A DNA stretch of 62,783 nucleotides from NCBI GenBank assembly GCA_029860045.1, contig JAOUBY010000004.1:1-62783 (forward strand), read 5' to 3'. The notes beneath the pieces are model-generated. The model saw only the letters and a program-made list of their open reading frames with translations. It did no database searches and was not told the DNA's origin. This DNA comes from Gammaproteobacteria bacterium (GTDB lineage Bacteria > Pseudomonadota > Gammaproteobacteria > UBA9214). Shown here piece after piece: positions 10,123 to 18,472 of the stretch. Numbering within the stretch: the first letter of the stretch is position 1; every line of letters starts with the position of its first letter. The position numbers and the translations under genes are program-made.

Positions 10123-10980
10123 ATGGCCAGCCGATTCCCGATTTTGTTTTCTTTTCTCGCGATGTTCTCAAGCCTCGCTTCTGCCGGGCAGGAGGATGGC
10201 TACATGAGTCTGGAGCAGAGCGTTTGTGGGCTAAAGGAACCCCTTGTTTTCTGGCTATGGAGCAGTATGGCTGGTAGCCCGAATGCGGATCGATTGGCGC
10301 GACTGCGGAATGTCGAGGATATATCTTTTGAAACAAAAGATAACAGGACGTTGCGTGGTTACAAACTGAAAGCAACCGGAAGTGAGGGGCAGCTGGCCTC
10401 GCCGAAGGGTTACCTGCTGGTCATGCAGGGGAATGCCATTCTGGCAGATCAAATTATCGAGGAGTTTTCGCATTTCTCATCTGCAGGGTTTGACGTCTAC
10501 GTCTATGACTTTCGTGGCTATGGTCGTTCAGGCGGCAAGCGGCGACTTAAAGCAATTATTAGTGACTATGTGGAAATTCTCGCTGCACTCAACTCATCCG
10601 GATATGAACAACGGTTCATCTATGCCATGTCGTTCGGTGGTATTGCCTTTCTGGATGGATTTGAATCACACGACAGGTTCGACCGCATTATTGTAGACTC
10701 AACGCCGAGTCGTTTGTCTGGTTACGGATGTCCATCGGAATATGATCCCGTTAACTATCTTCCGGAAGATTGTGGCCATTTCCTGGTTATTGTCGGGCAG
10801 AATGACAGGGTGGTCTCGCACTCCATGTCACAGGAGCTGGTGGAAACGGCACGACAACGAAGTGCAGTGATACTAAGGGATGAAGCGTTTGCGCACCCTT
10901 TTATGGATCATGACGGGTCGGTACATCGGCGGCGTATGCAGGTTATTGAAAAATTCCTGCTCTACAATCAAAACCCATAG
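10123..10980 (+). CDS. Alpha/beta hydrolase (secreted)
   Basis: ATG at 10123 (an alternative TTG lies at 10117). Signal-like N-terminus and a nucleophile-elbow-like AMSFGG. Confidence 0.65.
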   Translation: MASRFPILFSFLAMFSSLASAGQEDGYMSLEQSVCGLKEPLVFWLWSSMAGSPNADRLARLRNVEDISFETKDNRTLRGYKLKATGSEGQLASPKGYLLVMQGNAILADQIIEEFSHFSSAGFDVYVYDFRGYGRSGGKRRLKAIISDYVEILAALNSSGYEQRFIYAMSFGGIAFLDGFESHDRFDRIIVDSTPSRLSGYGCPSEYDPVNYLPEDCGHFLVIVGQNDRVVSHSMSQELVETARQRSAVILRDEAFAHPFMDHDGSVHRRRMQVIEKFLLYNQNP

Positions 10981-11087
10981 CCTGTCTGCCCGGCTTAATG
11001 AATTCTACGGGCTGGCGGTAAATGAGAATGAGCTGGTTATGCAGCATATCCCGATAATTTCGTGAATATCATTCCACTACAGCGAAG

Positions 11088-11381
11088 ATGACACAGTACC
11101 AGCAGTTCATCGACAGCCTGGGCCAGGATGCCTGCCCCGGTGGGCTGGAGTCTTGCCTGCAGGCGCTGTGGTATGACGCCAGCGGTGAATGGGATACGGC
11201 CCATGAGATCGTGCAGTCGATGGACGATGTGATGGCAGCGCGGATCCATGCCTACCTGCATCGCAAGGAAGGCGATGACTTGAATTCACGTTACTGGCAC
11301 CGGCGGGCCGGGTCGGTATTCCCTGAAGGTGTGAGCCTGGAGGAGGAATGGGACTCGCTGGTGCGTGAATTGACTGAGTAA
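11088..11381 (+). CDS. Conserved hypothetical protein (97 aa)
   Basis: Clean ORF with normal-looking codon usage. No recognised domain. Confidence 0.5.
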   Translation: MTQYQQFIDSLGQDACPGGLESCLQALWYDASGEWDTAHEIVQSMDDVMAARIHAYLHRKEGDDLNSRYWHRRAGSVFPEGVSLEEEWDSLVRELTE

Positions 11382-11444
11382 TTCCGGCCCTTATATTCCA
11401 TTCGGTGCTACACCGGCTATATTTATGGTATGGAGGGTCGGATC

Positions 11445-11642
11445 ATGTATTTGCTCAATCGCAACCCTGGTCGTGCCGGTGAACCGGAGATACCACCGGG
11501 CAATCCACCGGAGATACCGCAACCGGATGTGCCGCCTGAGGTCACTCCGGATGCGCCACCCGAGACCACTCCCGAACCACCACTGGGAATACCACCCGAT
11601 CAGCCCGTGGAAGTCCCGCCGCTGGCGCCAGACGAGGGCTGA
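11445..11642 (+). CDS. Proline-rich acidic small protein (65 aa; 22 Pro, 7 PP dipeptides)
   Basis: ATG at 11445 lies 7 nt after GGAGGG. It is in frame with track ORF 11430..11642. Degenerate PPE(I/V)(P/T)-type repeats, with no TM segment or signal peptide. Confidence 0.45.
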   Translation: MYLLNRNPGRAGEPEIPPGNPPEIPQPDVPPEVTPDAPPETTPEPPLGIPPDQPVEVPPLAPDEG

Positions 11643-11650
11643 TACCTGTC

Positions 11651-12565
11651 ATGGCCACCAGGTTACAAGCCACCAGGGATCTACCTGCCAGGCGCATTGA
11701 AATGCAAACGTCTCTGAACCAGCAGGTTGCCATGAAACTGGCCCAGGCTGCCGATCTTCTCGAGCAGCAGGGGGCCAACCCTTTTCGTGTTTCAGCCTAT
11801 CGCCGCGCCAGTGAGACCGTCTCGCGGCTTGGGCGCGATATCGGGGAACTGACCGAAGCCGAGGGCGCGGCCGGCTTGATAACACTTCCCAACATTGGCA
11901 AGGGAATCGCCAGTTCGATCCAGGAAATGGTGACCACAGGCAACTGGGTGCAGCTGCAACGTTTGCGCGGGACACTTGATCCGGTCCACCTGTTTCAAAC
12001 GGTGCCCGGCATCGGGCCGAAAATGGCGGAGCAAATAAACGAGCGGCTGCACATTGATACACTCGAGGCGCTGGAGGCGGCAGCCTACGACGGTCGTCTT
12101 GAGCAGGTGCCGGGTATGGGAGCCCGCCGTGTCGCCGGGATAAGGAATTCACTGGCCACGCTGCTGGGCAAGACCCGCCGCCGACCACAGGTGGCGGTCG
12201 GCCATGGGCCGGATATTGAGACCCTGGTTGAAGTTGACCGGGAATATCGACAGCAGGCGGAGCAGGGCAAGCTGCCGCTGATTTCACCCCGGCGCTTCAA
12301 CCCGGAAGGCAAGGCCTGGCTGCCCGTGTTGCATACCGACCGGAATGGCTGGCATTTCACGCTGTTATATTCCAATACCGCACGGGCCCATGAGTTGAAA
12401 CGCACCCATGACTGGGTGGTGGCATATTTCTATGATGACCATCACCAGGAAGGCCAATGCACACTGGTAACCGAAACACGCGGGCCATTAACGGGCCAGC
12501 GTACCGTCAGAGGGCGTGAACTGGAATGCCGGGATTACTACCGGGTTGCAGTCGAGAGCCATTAA
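11651..12565 (+). CDS. Helix-hairpin-helix DNA-binding protein resembling only the N-terminal 8-kDa/fingers part of PolX, plus an unknown C-terminal domain
   Basis: LLEQQGANPFRVSAYRRA, LPNIGKGIASSI, VPGIGPKMAE and VPGMGARRV are PolX-type HhH motifs. No palm or PHP domain is present. The start may instead be ATG 11702 (MQTSLNQQ...). Confidence 0.7.
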   Translation: MATRLQATRDLPARRIEMQTSLNQQVAMKLAQAADLLEQQGANPFRVSAYRRASETVSRLGRDIGELTEAEGAAGLITLPNIGKGIASSIQEMVTTGNWVQLQRLRGTLDPVHLFQTVPGIGPKMAEQINERLHIDTLEALEAAAYDGRLEQVPGMGARRVAGIRNSLATLLGKTRRRPQVAVGHGPDIETLVEVDREYRQQAEQGKLPLISPRRFNPEGKAWLPVLHTDRNGWHFTLLYSNTARAHELKRTHDWVVAYFYDDHHQEGQCTLVTETRGPLTGQRTVRGRELECRDYYRVAVESH

Positions 12566-13314
12566 TCTTCAGTATCATTTCGCGTCAGCTCCTCGATCAG
12601 GCGCTGCGACCGTTCATGGTGGCTGCCTTGCCAGTAGATTTGCCCGCACATCGTGCATATCCTGAAGGTCTTGTAATATTTCCTTGTCCTGGGCTCCAGC
12701 CGGTCTTCGACTGACTGCTTGTCGACTGCCTGCAGGTCGCCATTGCAACGCGTGCAGCGACTGAACGGGTCTACCAGCCGGTACAGGTCAAACCGGGACA
12801 ACACCTCTTTCACCTGGAGTCTGGGTCGAACCTCGCGTACAAAATAGCCGCGTGTAATGATCTTGCGCTGTAACAGGGCGCGGTCCCGCGTCAATACGAT
12901 GCGTTGTTCCCTGTCGGCAGTCATTGCCACGGTATCGTCGTCAAAATCGTTCTGATACAGGCAATCAAACCCCAGCAGGCGCAGGTAACGTGCCAGTCGA
13001 CCCAGGTTGGTATCCAGGATAAACGCGGGTGTGCGCAAGGGTGCCGGCCGCAAACGCAGCAACGGAGTCACATCCAGACTCTCGAAGACGGGGTACACGC
13101 TGATGTGGTCCCCGTCTTCTACAATGTAGGAGAAATCCACCGAGTTGCCGTTGACCAGGATGATGTCCACTTCCGTGTGTGGCACACCAAATGACTCAAT
13201 CATGTCCTTGACCGAGGTGCGCCGTGTAAGGTCATGCAAGAACGCTACCTTGCGATGCGCGGGCGACAGGAAGTCATTCAGTTCCTCGTAGAATCGTAAC
13301 TGCACCTGGGACAT
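12562..13314 (-). CDS. Mut7-C RNase domain protein with N-terminal ubiquitin-like (Mut7-C ubiquitin) domain
   Basis: FILDTNLGRLARYLRLLGFD and the C-terminal Zn-ribbon CTRCNG...CTMCGQIYWQGSH are typical of the Mut7-C/DUF82 family. Confidence 0.85.
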   Translation of the reverse strand: MSQVQLRFYEELNDFLSPAHRKVAFLHDLTRRTSVKDMIESFGVPHTEVDIILVNGNSVDFSYIVEDGDHISVYPVFESLDVTPLLRLRPAPLRTPAFILDTNLGRLARYLRLLGFDCLYQNDFDDDTVAMTADREQRIVLTRDRALLQRKIITRGYFVREVRPRLQVKEVLSRFDLYRLVDPFSRCTRCNGDLQAVDKQSVEDRLEPRTRKYYKTFRICTMCGQIYWQGSHHERSQRLIEELTRNDTED

Positions 13315-13501
13315 ACATCGAAATTAAAGGGGTCGGAGACAGAACGCAATCATTCTCATTTATTCAGTGCCCCCTTTCATGGCTGCCAGGTCTGAATTAC
13401 TGTTCCATTTGAGTTGCGTGCTATCTCGACTATGCTTTTAATGTGGGGTCTGAACTGGTTCGTATTAAAGTACAGGCCGGACCTTCCTGTCCTGCGGGTA
13501 A

Positions 13502-14239
13502 GTGGAGTACATGATGCCGGGTAATGCTGGAAAGCGTGGTTTTGTAATGGCAATGAGGACGGTCCTTGTGGGTTTGGCCGTCTTCATGATGCAAGCCCCG
13601 GTCGCATGGGCAGCGTCCAACGTGTTAACCGTCGAGGCGCTGAAGGAACGCCATCAGGATGAAGTGACCGCGCATCGTGCCTATGCGGCCTATGCCGAAC
13701 GGGCCTGTGCCGAGGGTTATCCGAATATTGCGCATTTGTTCAAGTCACTGGCGGCATCGGAAGGCGTTCATGCACACAATTTCAAGAATCTCCTGGCGGG
13801 GCTGAAGGTCGATGTAAAGCCCATTGCCATTCCGCAGTTACAGGAAGTGGGCACCACGCGTGACAATCTGAAGCATGCCTCTGGTGTAGAGCGTGATGAG
13901 ATCGATCGTGAATATCCGGACATCCTCGAGCGTATTGAGAGTGAAGGGAACCAGGATGCCATTACTTCCATTACCTATGCCTGGAAAGCCGAGCAGCAGC
14001 ATCGGGAACTGATCGTAAAGATCCACAAGGCGGCCAGCCGCATGTTTGGTCTGCTGGTCGGGCGCATCGAGGGAGGGGAATCGCATTATCATGTGTGCGC
14101 GATATGTGGCTCAACCCTGAATGAACTTCCCGGGAATCAGTGTCCAATCTGCGCGAGACCGGTATCCAACTATCACGAAGTCGTGCCTTATCCGAGGGAC
14201 ACATGCAAGGCGCCGCCAACAGAGGATGATGACTGGTAG
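13502..14239 (+). CDS. Rubrerythrin-like diiron protein with C-terminal rubredoxin-like CxxC pair and apparent N-terminal signal peptide
   Basis: Two ExxH motifs (EGVH, EQQH) in a ferritin-like region, and CAICG...CPICA at the C-terminus. The N-terminus MAMRTVLVGLAVFMMQAPVAWA-AS looks like a Sec signal. The exact start is uncertain (13502, 13511, 13514 or 13547). Confidence 0.75.
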   Translation: MEYMMPGNAGKRGFVMAMRTVLVGLAVFMMQAPVAWAASNVLTVEALKERHQDEVTAHRAYAAYAERACAEGYPNIAHLFKSLAASEGVHAHNFKNLLAGLKVDVKPIAIPQLQEVGTTRDNLKHASGVERDEIDREYPDILERIESEGNQDAITSITYAWKAEQQHRELIVKIHKAASRMFGLLVGRIEGGESHYHVCAICGSTLNELPGNQCPICARPVSNYHEVVPYPRDTCKAPPTEDDDW

Positions 14240-14380
14240 GTCTGGCCGTTAATTTTCTGAATACCCGTCGTTCAGCCCATGACAAGGGGACAAATGGGCC
14301 GGCCGTGTTGAGTTACCCTGAATCTGGTCTGCGTCCGGCTTGTGGATGTTATAGTTTCACCCTCGAGTCAGGGGACGGAC

Positions 14381-16168
14381 ATGACAACCGATCAGACCAT
14401 TTTATTTACTCTGCTGTTCTTCGTATTCGCCCTGCTGATCTGGGGGCGTCTGCGCTATGACCTGGTCGCATTCATTGCCCTGACGGCGGCGCTGATTCTT
14501 GGCGTGGTGCCGAAAGACCAGGCGTTCTCCGGGTTTGGTCACCCGGCAACCATTATCATTGCGCTGGTGCTGGTTGTCAGCAAGGGGCTGTCCAATTCCG
14601 GCGTGATCGAGCAGGTCGCGAGACAGGTCAGCCGGTTCTCGCATTCACTCCAGACACATATTACTGCCATGGCCGGTATTGCGGCCGGCCTTTCTGCGGT
14701 TATGAATAATGTCGCGGCACTTGCGCTGTTGATGCCGGTGGATATACAGGCAGCCCTGAAGGCCAGGCGCAGCCCTGCGTTGACGCTCATGCCGCTGTCT
14801 TTTGCCACCATACTGGGCGGCATGATCACCCTGATTGGTACGCCGCCCAACATCATTATTGCCGAGTTCCGCCAGCAAGCGCTGGGGGAGAGCTTCGCCA
14901 TGTTTGACTTTGCGCCGGTGGGGCTTGCCTGTGCCGTTGTCGGCGTGCTGTTTGTTGCCCTGATTGGCTGGCGGTTGTTGCCGACCGAGTGCAGGCAACA
15001 GGACCCGACGCAGAAACTCCTTGATGTCAGCGAATATGTTGCGGAGCTGCATGTGCCGGAGGATTCGCCGGCCATTGGTCAGCGGGTGCGTGACCTCGGT
15101 GCGGTTGCTGAAGAAAACGATGTGGCGATTGTGGGTTTGATTCGGCGCGGGAAGCGGCTACCCGGCCAGGCGCGGCTGGCGGAGGTCAGTGTCGGGGACA
15201 TCCTGGTGGTGGAAGCGGTTCCAGAGGCCATGGACAGGATAGTCGGTGTGTTGAAGCTGACCTATCAGGCACAGGGGCACGATACCAGTCCGCTCAGTAG
15301 TGAGGACATGTCACTGCTGGAAGTTGTCGTGCCGGGCGGGGCACGCATCGAGGGGCGGACGGCCAATTCACTGCGTTTGCAGTACCGCTATGACGTCACG
15401 TTGCTCGGCGTGTCACGGCAGGGCCGGCAATTTCGCCAGCGGGTACGTCATCTTGAAATCAGGGCCGGTGATGTGCTGTTGTTGTTTGGCCCCGGGGACA
15501 TGCTCGCAGAAATCAGCGGCTGGCTCGGTAGCCTGCCGTTGGCCGGTTCAGAAACCCTGGCGCTGACCATGCGCCACAAGGCGTGGCTGGCGGCAGGCCT
15601 GTTTGCGCTGGCTATCCTGCTGGCCAGCGTTGGTGTCCTGTATCTGCCGGTCGCACTCGCCATCGTTGTTGCGGCCTATGTACTGTTGAATATCCTGCCG
15701 GCCCGCCAGGTGTATGAATCGATCGAATGGCCGGTGATTGTACTGCTGGGGTCCATGATTCCGCTGGGAGTGGCACTGGAATCCAGTGGCGGCACTGCAC
15801 TGATTGCCGACCTCATTACCAGCCTGGCTGATGGCTACTCACCGGTGGTCGTGTTGACCCTGTTAATGGTCGTGACCATGACACTGTCCGATGTAATGAA
15901 TAACACCGCGACGGCGGTAATTGCCGCGCCGATTGCGCTTGATATCGCCAACCGCTTGCAGGTGAGTGCCGACCCGTTTCTGATGGCGGTGGCAGTGGCG
16001 GCATCCTGTGCCTTCCTGACGCCGATCGGGCACAAGAACAACACCCTGGTCATGGGGCCGGGGGGTTACCGGTTTGGTGATTACTGGCGCATGGGGTTGC
16101 CGCTGGAGATATTGGTTATCGTGGTCTCGATACCGATGATTCTGTGGGTGTGGCCGTTCCAGTCGTGA
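14381..16168 (+). CDS. SLC13/DASS-family anion permease with two central TrkA-C (RCK_C) domains
   Basis: ATG at 14381 lies 5 nt after GGGGA. Two multi-TM halves flank two soluble repeats (GQRVRDL..., EGRTANSLRL...). Confidence 0.85.
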   Translation: MTTDQTILFTLLFFVFALLIWGRLRYDLVAFIALTAALILGVVPKDQAFSGFGHPATIIIALVLVVSKGLSNSGVIEQVARQVSRFSHSLQTHITAMAGIAAGLSAVMNNVAALALLMPVDIQAALKARRSPALTLMPLSFATILGGMITLIGTPPNIIIAEFRQQALGESFAMFDFAPVGLACAVVGVLFVALIGWRLLPTECRQQDPTQKLLDVSEYVAELHVPEDSPAIGQRVRDLGAVAEENDVAIVGLIRRGKRLPGQARLAEVSVGDILVVEAVPEAMDRIVGVLKLTYQAQGHDTSPLSSEDMSLLEVVVPGGARIEGRTANSLRLQYRYDVTLLGVSRQGRQFRQRVRHLEIRAGDVLLLFGPGDMLAEISGWLGSLPLAGSETLALTMRHKAWLAAGLFALAILLASVGVLYLPVALAIVVAAYVLLNILPARQVYESIEWPVIVLLGSMIPLGVALESSGGTALIADLITSLADGYSPVVVLTLLMVVTMTLSDVMNNTATAVIAAPIALDIANRLQVSADPFLMAVAVAASCAFLTPIGHKNNTLVMGPGGYRFGDYWRMGLPLEILVIVVSIPMILWVWPFQS

Positions 16169-16282
16169 CTGTGCGCGGCCACGGAGAACACAAGGGGCGG
16201 TGAGTTTTTGAAATACTCACGGGGCTGCCGATATGATTAGTTGCCTGTATGGCTTTATTCCAAAACAAGTAAGGGTTTCTGC

Positions 16283-17149
16283 ATGAACGTAAAACCGGCT
16301 ATTACACTACTCGCTGCTTTTCTTGTTGCTGGTGGCGTCGCTGCAGCAGACACCACGCCAGATGACAACAACTGGTGGTGGGACGATGCCTGGTGGGATG
16401 ACAGCCAGATCGAGGCGCCGGATAACTACCCCGTTGCCACTTCGTGGACAAACTACAAGAGTAGTGATGTGGAAGTGTCGGCGCTGGTGGTGCGCCCCGG
16501 GGCGACTGGCAAGTTCCCGGCCGTGTTATTCGTGCACGGACGTCGCGGGCTGGATGAACTGGTGCAACGTCTTGCCCGGCGGGTTGCGGCACGCGGCTTT
16601 GTGGTGCTGGCCCCGGATATCTATGGCGCACACTTTATCGGTACTCATCCTATCGAGCACGATTATGAACTGGAGAAGGATGTTAACCGGGCGCTGGACG
16701 TGCTGCTGGCGCGCACTGATATCAGTACGGACAGGGCCTGCCTGTATTCACACACCCGCGGGGGTTATTACTCACTGAAGGTGGCAACCACGTTCAAGCG
16801 TCAGCAGCAGGACATCGCCTGTTATGTTTCCTATTACCCTCACCTGCAGGACCCGAATGCACCCGAACCCATGCAGGTGTACGGCTATGCAAAAGAGATC
16901 GACCAGCTCACACTGCCGATGCTGGTGTTTATTGGCGATGAGGAACAGTACCAGCGCCGGCGCGTGATCGAGACCAGCATCCAGGTCATGCAGGACAAGG
17001 GACGCGATGCGCAGCTGATTATCTACCCAGGCGTGGGGCGTGGTTTTGATTTCCGCGACGACAACGTGCGCACCTTTGCCGATGACCTGGCATCAAAGGA
17101 TGCCGTGCAGCGTGCGGCCAGGTTCATGCGCAAGCACCTGGGGAAATAG
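16283..17149 (+). CDS. Dienelactone hydrolase family protein (secreted)
   Basis: ATG at 16283. Signal peptide (ITLLAAFLVAGGVAAA). Contains AVLFVHGRRGL and a DLH-like fold pattern. Confidence 0.8.
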   Translation: MNVKPAITLLAAFLVAGGVAAADTTPDDNNWWWDDAWWDDSQIEAPDNYPVATSWTNYKSSDVEVSALVVRPGATGKFPAVLFVHGRRGLDELVQRLARRVAARGFVVLAPDIYGAHFIGTHPIEHDYELEKDVNRALDVLLARTDISTDRACLYSHTRGGYYSLKVATTFKRQQQDIACYVSYYPHLQDPNAPEPMQVYGYAKEIDQLTLPMLVFIGDEEQYQRRRVIETSIQVMQDKGRDAQLIIYPGVGRGFDFRDDNVRTFADDLASKDAVQRAARFMRKHLGK

Positions 17150-17215
17150 ACACAGCGCGCTGAGTAATATGTCGCTTAACTACGGTACGTAAACAGGACC
17201 CCTGGAGATTCTGTC

Positions 17216-17515
17216 CTAACGACGCTGGTATTTCCGGGGTGTGCGCATCATGGAGCGAATACGGGACATGTGGCTGCCGGTGCTGATCAGGACATGGCGT
17301 TCCACATCATCATAAGCCCGCTGGGTGTCGCAGCTGCCCGGGTTGCCCGAGGCGTGGCAGAGTTCTTCCACAAAAGTGTGCAGGCAGGCGGGTAACTCGT
17401 CGTCATTGCAACCCATGCAGCCATCCTGTGCGGGATTGCATGCCAGTGCATTGCCCGCGCACAGTGCCAGCACCGGGAATAACCCGCGTCCATGCCAATT
17501 AAACGATAACTTCAT
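17216..17515 (-). CDS. Small secreted Cys-rich protein with basic C-terminal tail (99 aa)
   Basis: ATG at 17515 lies 6 nt after GGAGA. Signal-like LFPVLALCAGNALA. The mature part has six Cys, and the tail reads RIRSMMRTPRKYQRR. No family recognised. Confidence 0.45.
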   Translation of the reverse strand: MKLSFNWHGRGLFPVLALCAGNALACNPAQDGCMGCNDDELPACLHTFVEELCHASGNPGSCDTQRAYDDVERHVLISTGSHMSRIRSMMRTPRKYQRR

Positions 17516-17631
17516 GATTGTTCTCCAGAAAATATATGTCGTCCGTAGCCGATGTTGCTGAGTGCGTGTGCAACAGTACCAATCGTAGTACAAATCAATG
17601 GCAGACGGGTCGGAATATCAAGGCTGCATAA

Positions 17632-18234
17632 CTAAAGCCCCTTGCTCTGGATCAGCGTCCATTGCATGAGCTGGGCGACCATTGCCTCGGCATCGTGTTC
17701 CTGGTCGTGTCTGCGTAACCATTCCGCGGCCCAGCGGTGACCCCAGGCGCTGGCATTGCTTTCACTCGGGTTGAGCGCGACCTGTCTGGTATTGGCAAGG
17801 TATAAAAACAGCGGTCGGGCAAGCGCATGCACCGTGGCGGCCAGCCGGTCGGGGTAGCGCCATTTGCACAGGCCGCGGGTGGTGTAACGGTCCGGAATGT
17901 TGCGGCGCCGGATCGGGCGTGGCGGGATGCGCCCCCAGTGGGCTTCTTCGAGCGGGTAATCCGACCCCTGCCAGACATTCACCTTGATGCGGTACATGTG
18001 TTCCGGTTGCGGCGGGTTGGCAGTCGGATTGTCTTCACGTGGCGTCCAGCAGGTACTGATTGTGACCGGCGGGATGTCGCCACCGGGCTCCGGTGCATGT
18101 TGTGCATCCGTCATCGGGCTGAGGCGTACCCAGTCGAGCAGGCGCATGTCGTACGCGGCCATTTTGGCGCGCAAAAACGCGATGACATCGGCGGCATCGG
18201 TTCGATCGGTGACGGCAAACGACGGGTTCTGCAT
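17632..18234 (-). CDS. Hypothetical protein (200 aa)
   Basis: Long ORF with coding-like composition. No recognised motif. The SD is too close to the annotated ATG, so the start is uncertain. Confidence 0.5.
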   Translation of the reverse strand: MQNPSFAVTDRTDAADVIAFLRAKMAAYDMRLLDWVRLSPMTDAQHAPEPGGDIPPVTISTCWTPREDNPTANPPQPEHMYRIKVNVWQGSDYPLEEAHWGRIPPRPIRRRNIPDRYTTRGLCKWRYPDRLAATVHALARPLFLYLANTRQVALNPSESNASAWGHRWAAEWLRRHDQEHDAEAMVAQLMQWTLIQSKGL

Positions 18235-18380
18235 TTCCTGGCCTCAAATACACGCAATCAGGTGCAATCAATAGGGGTATCGGCTGTTATTGCTCATAAT
18301 ATTAAATATTAATCTGGGGACACGTGCTTGCGTAGTCTGTTCCTGTGTGGACGGAGCGCGCCTGCCTCGGGTTATACATC

Positions 18381-18443
18381 TGTAGGAGCGCCTTGCAGGC
18401 GCGATCTTTGTGAAAAGCATCGCGCCTGCAAGGCGCTCCTACA
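18381..18443. repeat. Inverted pair of REP-like units (TGTAGGAGCGCCTTGCAGGCGCGAT ... ATCGCGCCTGCAAGGCGCTCCTACA)
   Basis: Two 25-nt units in inverted orientation separated by 13 nt. Each unit contains the hairpin GCGCCT-TGC-AGGCGC. Located between the pdxH stop and the next gene. Confidence 0.85.
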
Positions 18444-18472
18444 CTAATCAAATGGTCCTGCAGGAACGGGCA

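Noticed and set aside
11466-11642. Degenerate tandem repetition at DNA level in the Pro-rich ORF (possible CRISPR or VNTR)
   Set aside because: The repeats are short, irregular and in-frame codon repeats (CCN-GAR). There is no repeat-spacer periodicity and there are no cas genes.
11649-12287. 212-aa ORF antisense to the HhH gene
   Set aside because: The Pro/Arg/Ala-rich translation is typical of antisense GC-rich frames. The sense strand has repeated HhH motifs.
13341-13360. Fur/PerR-like box (GCAATCATTCTCATT) in the Mut7-C/rubrerythrin divergent region
   Set aside because: Only about half of the 19-bp Fur consensus matches (roughly 10/19 by my alignment). That is too weak to call without a position-weight-matrix scan.
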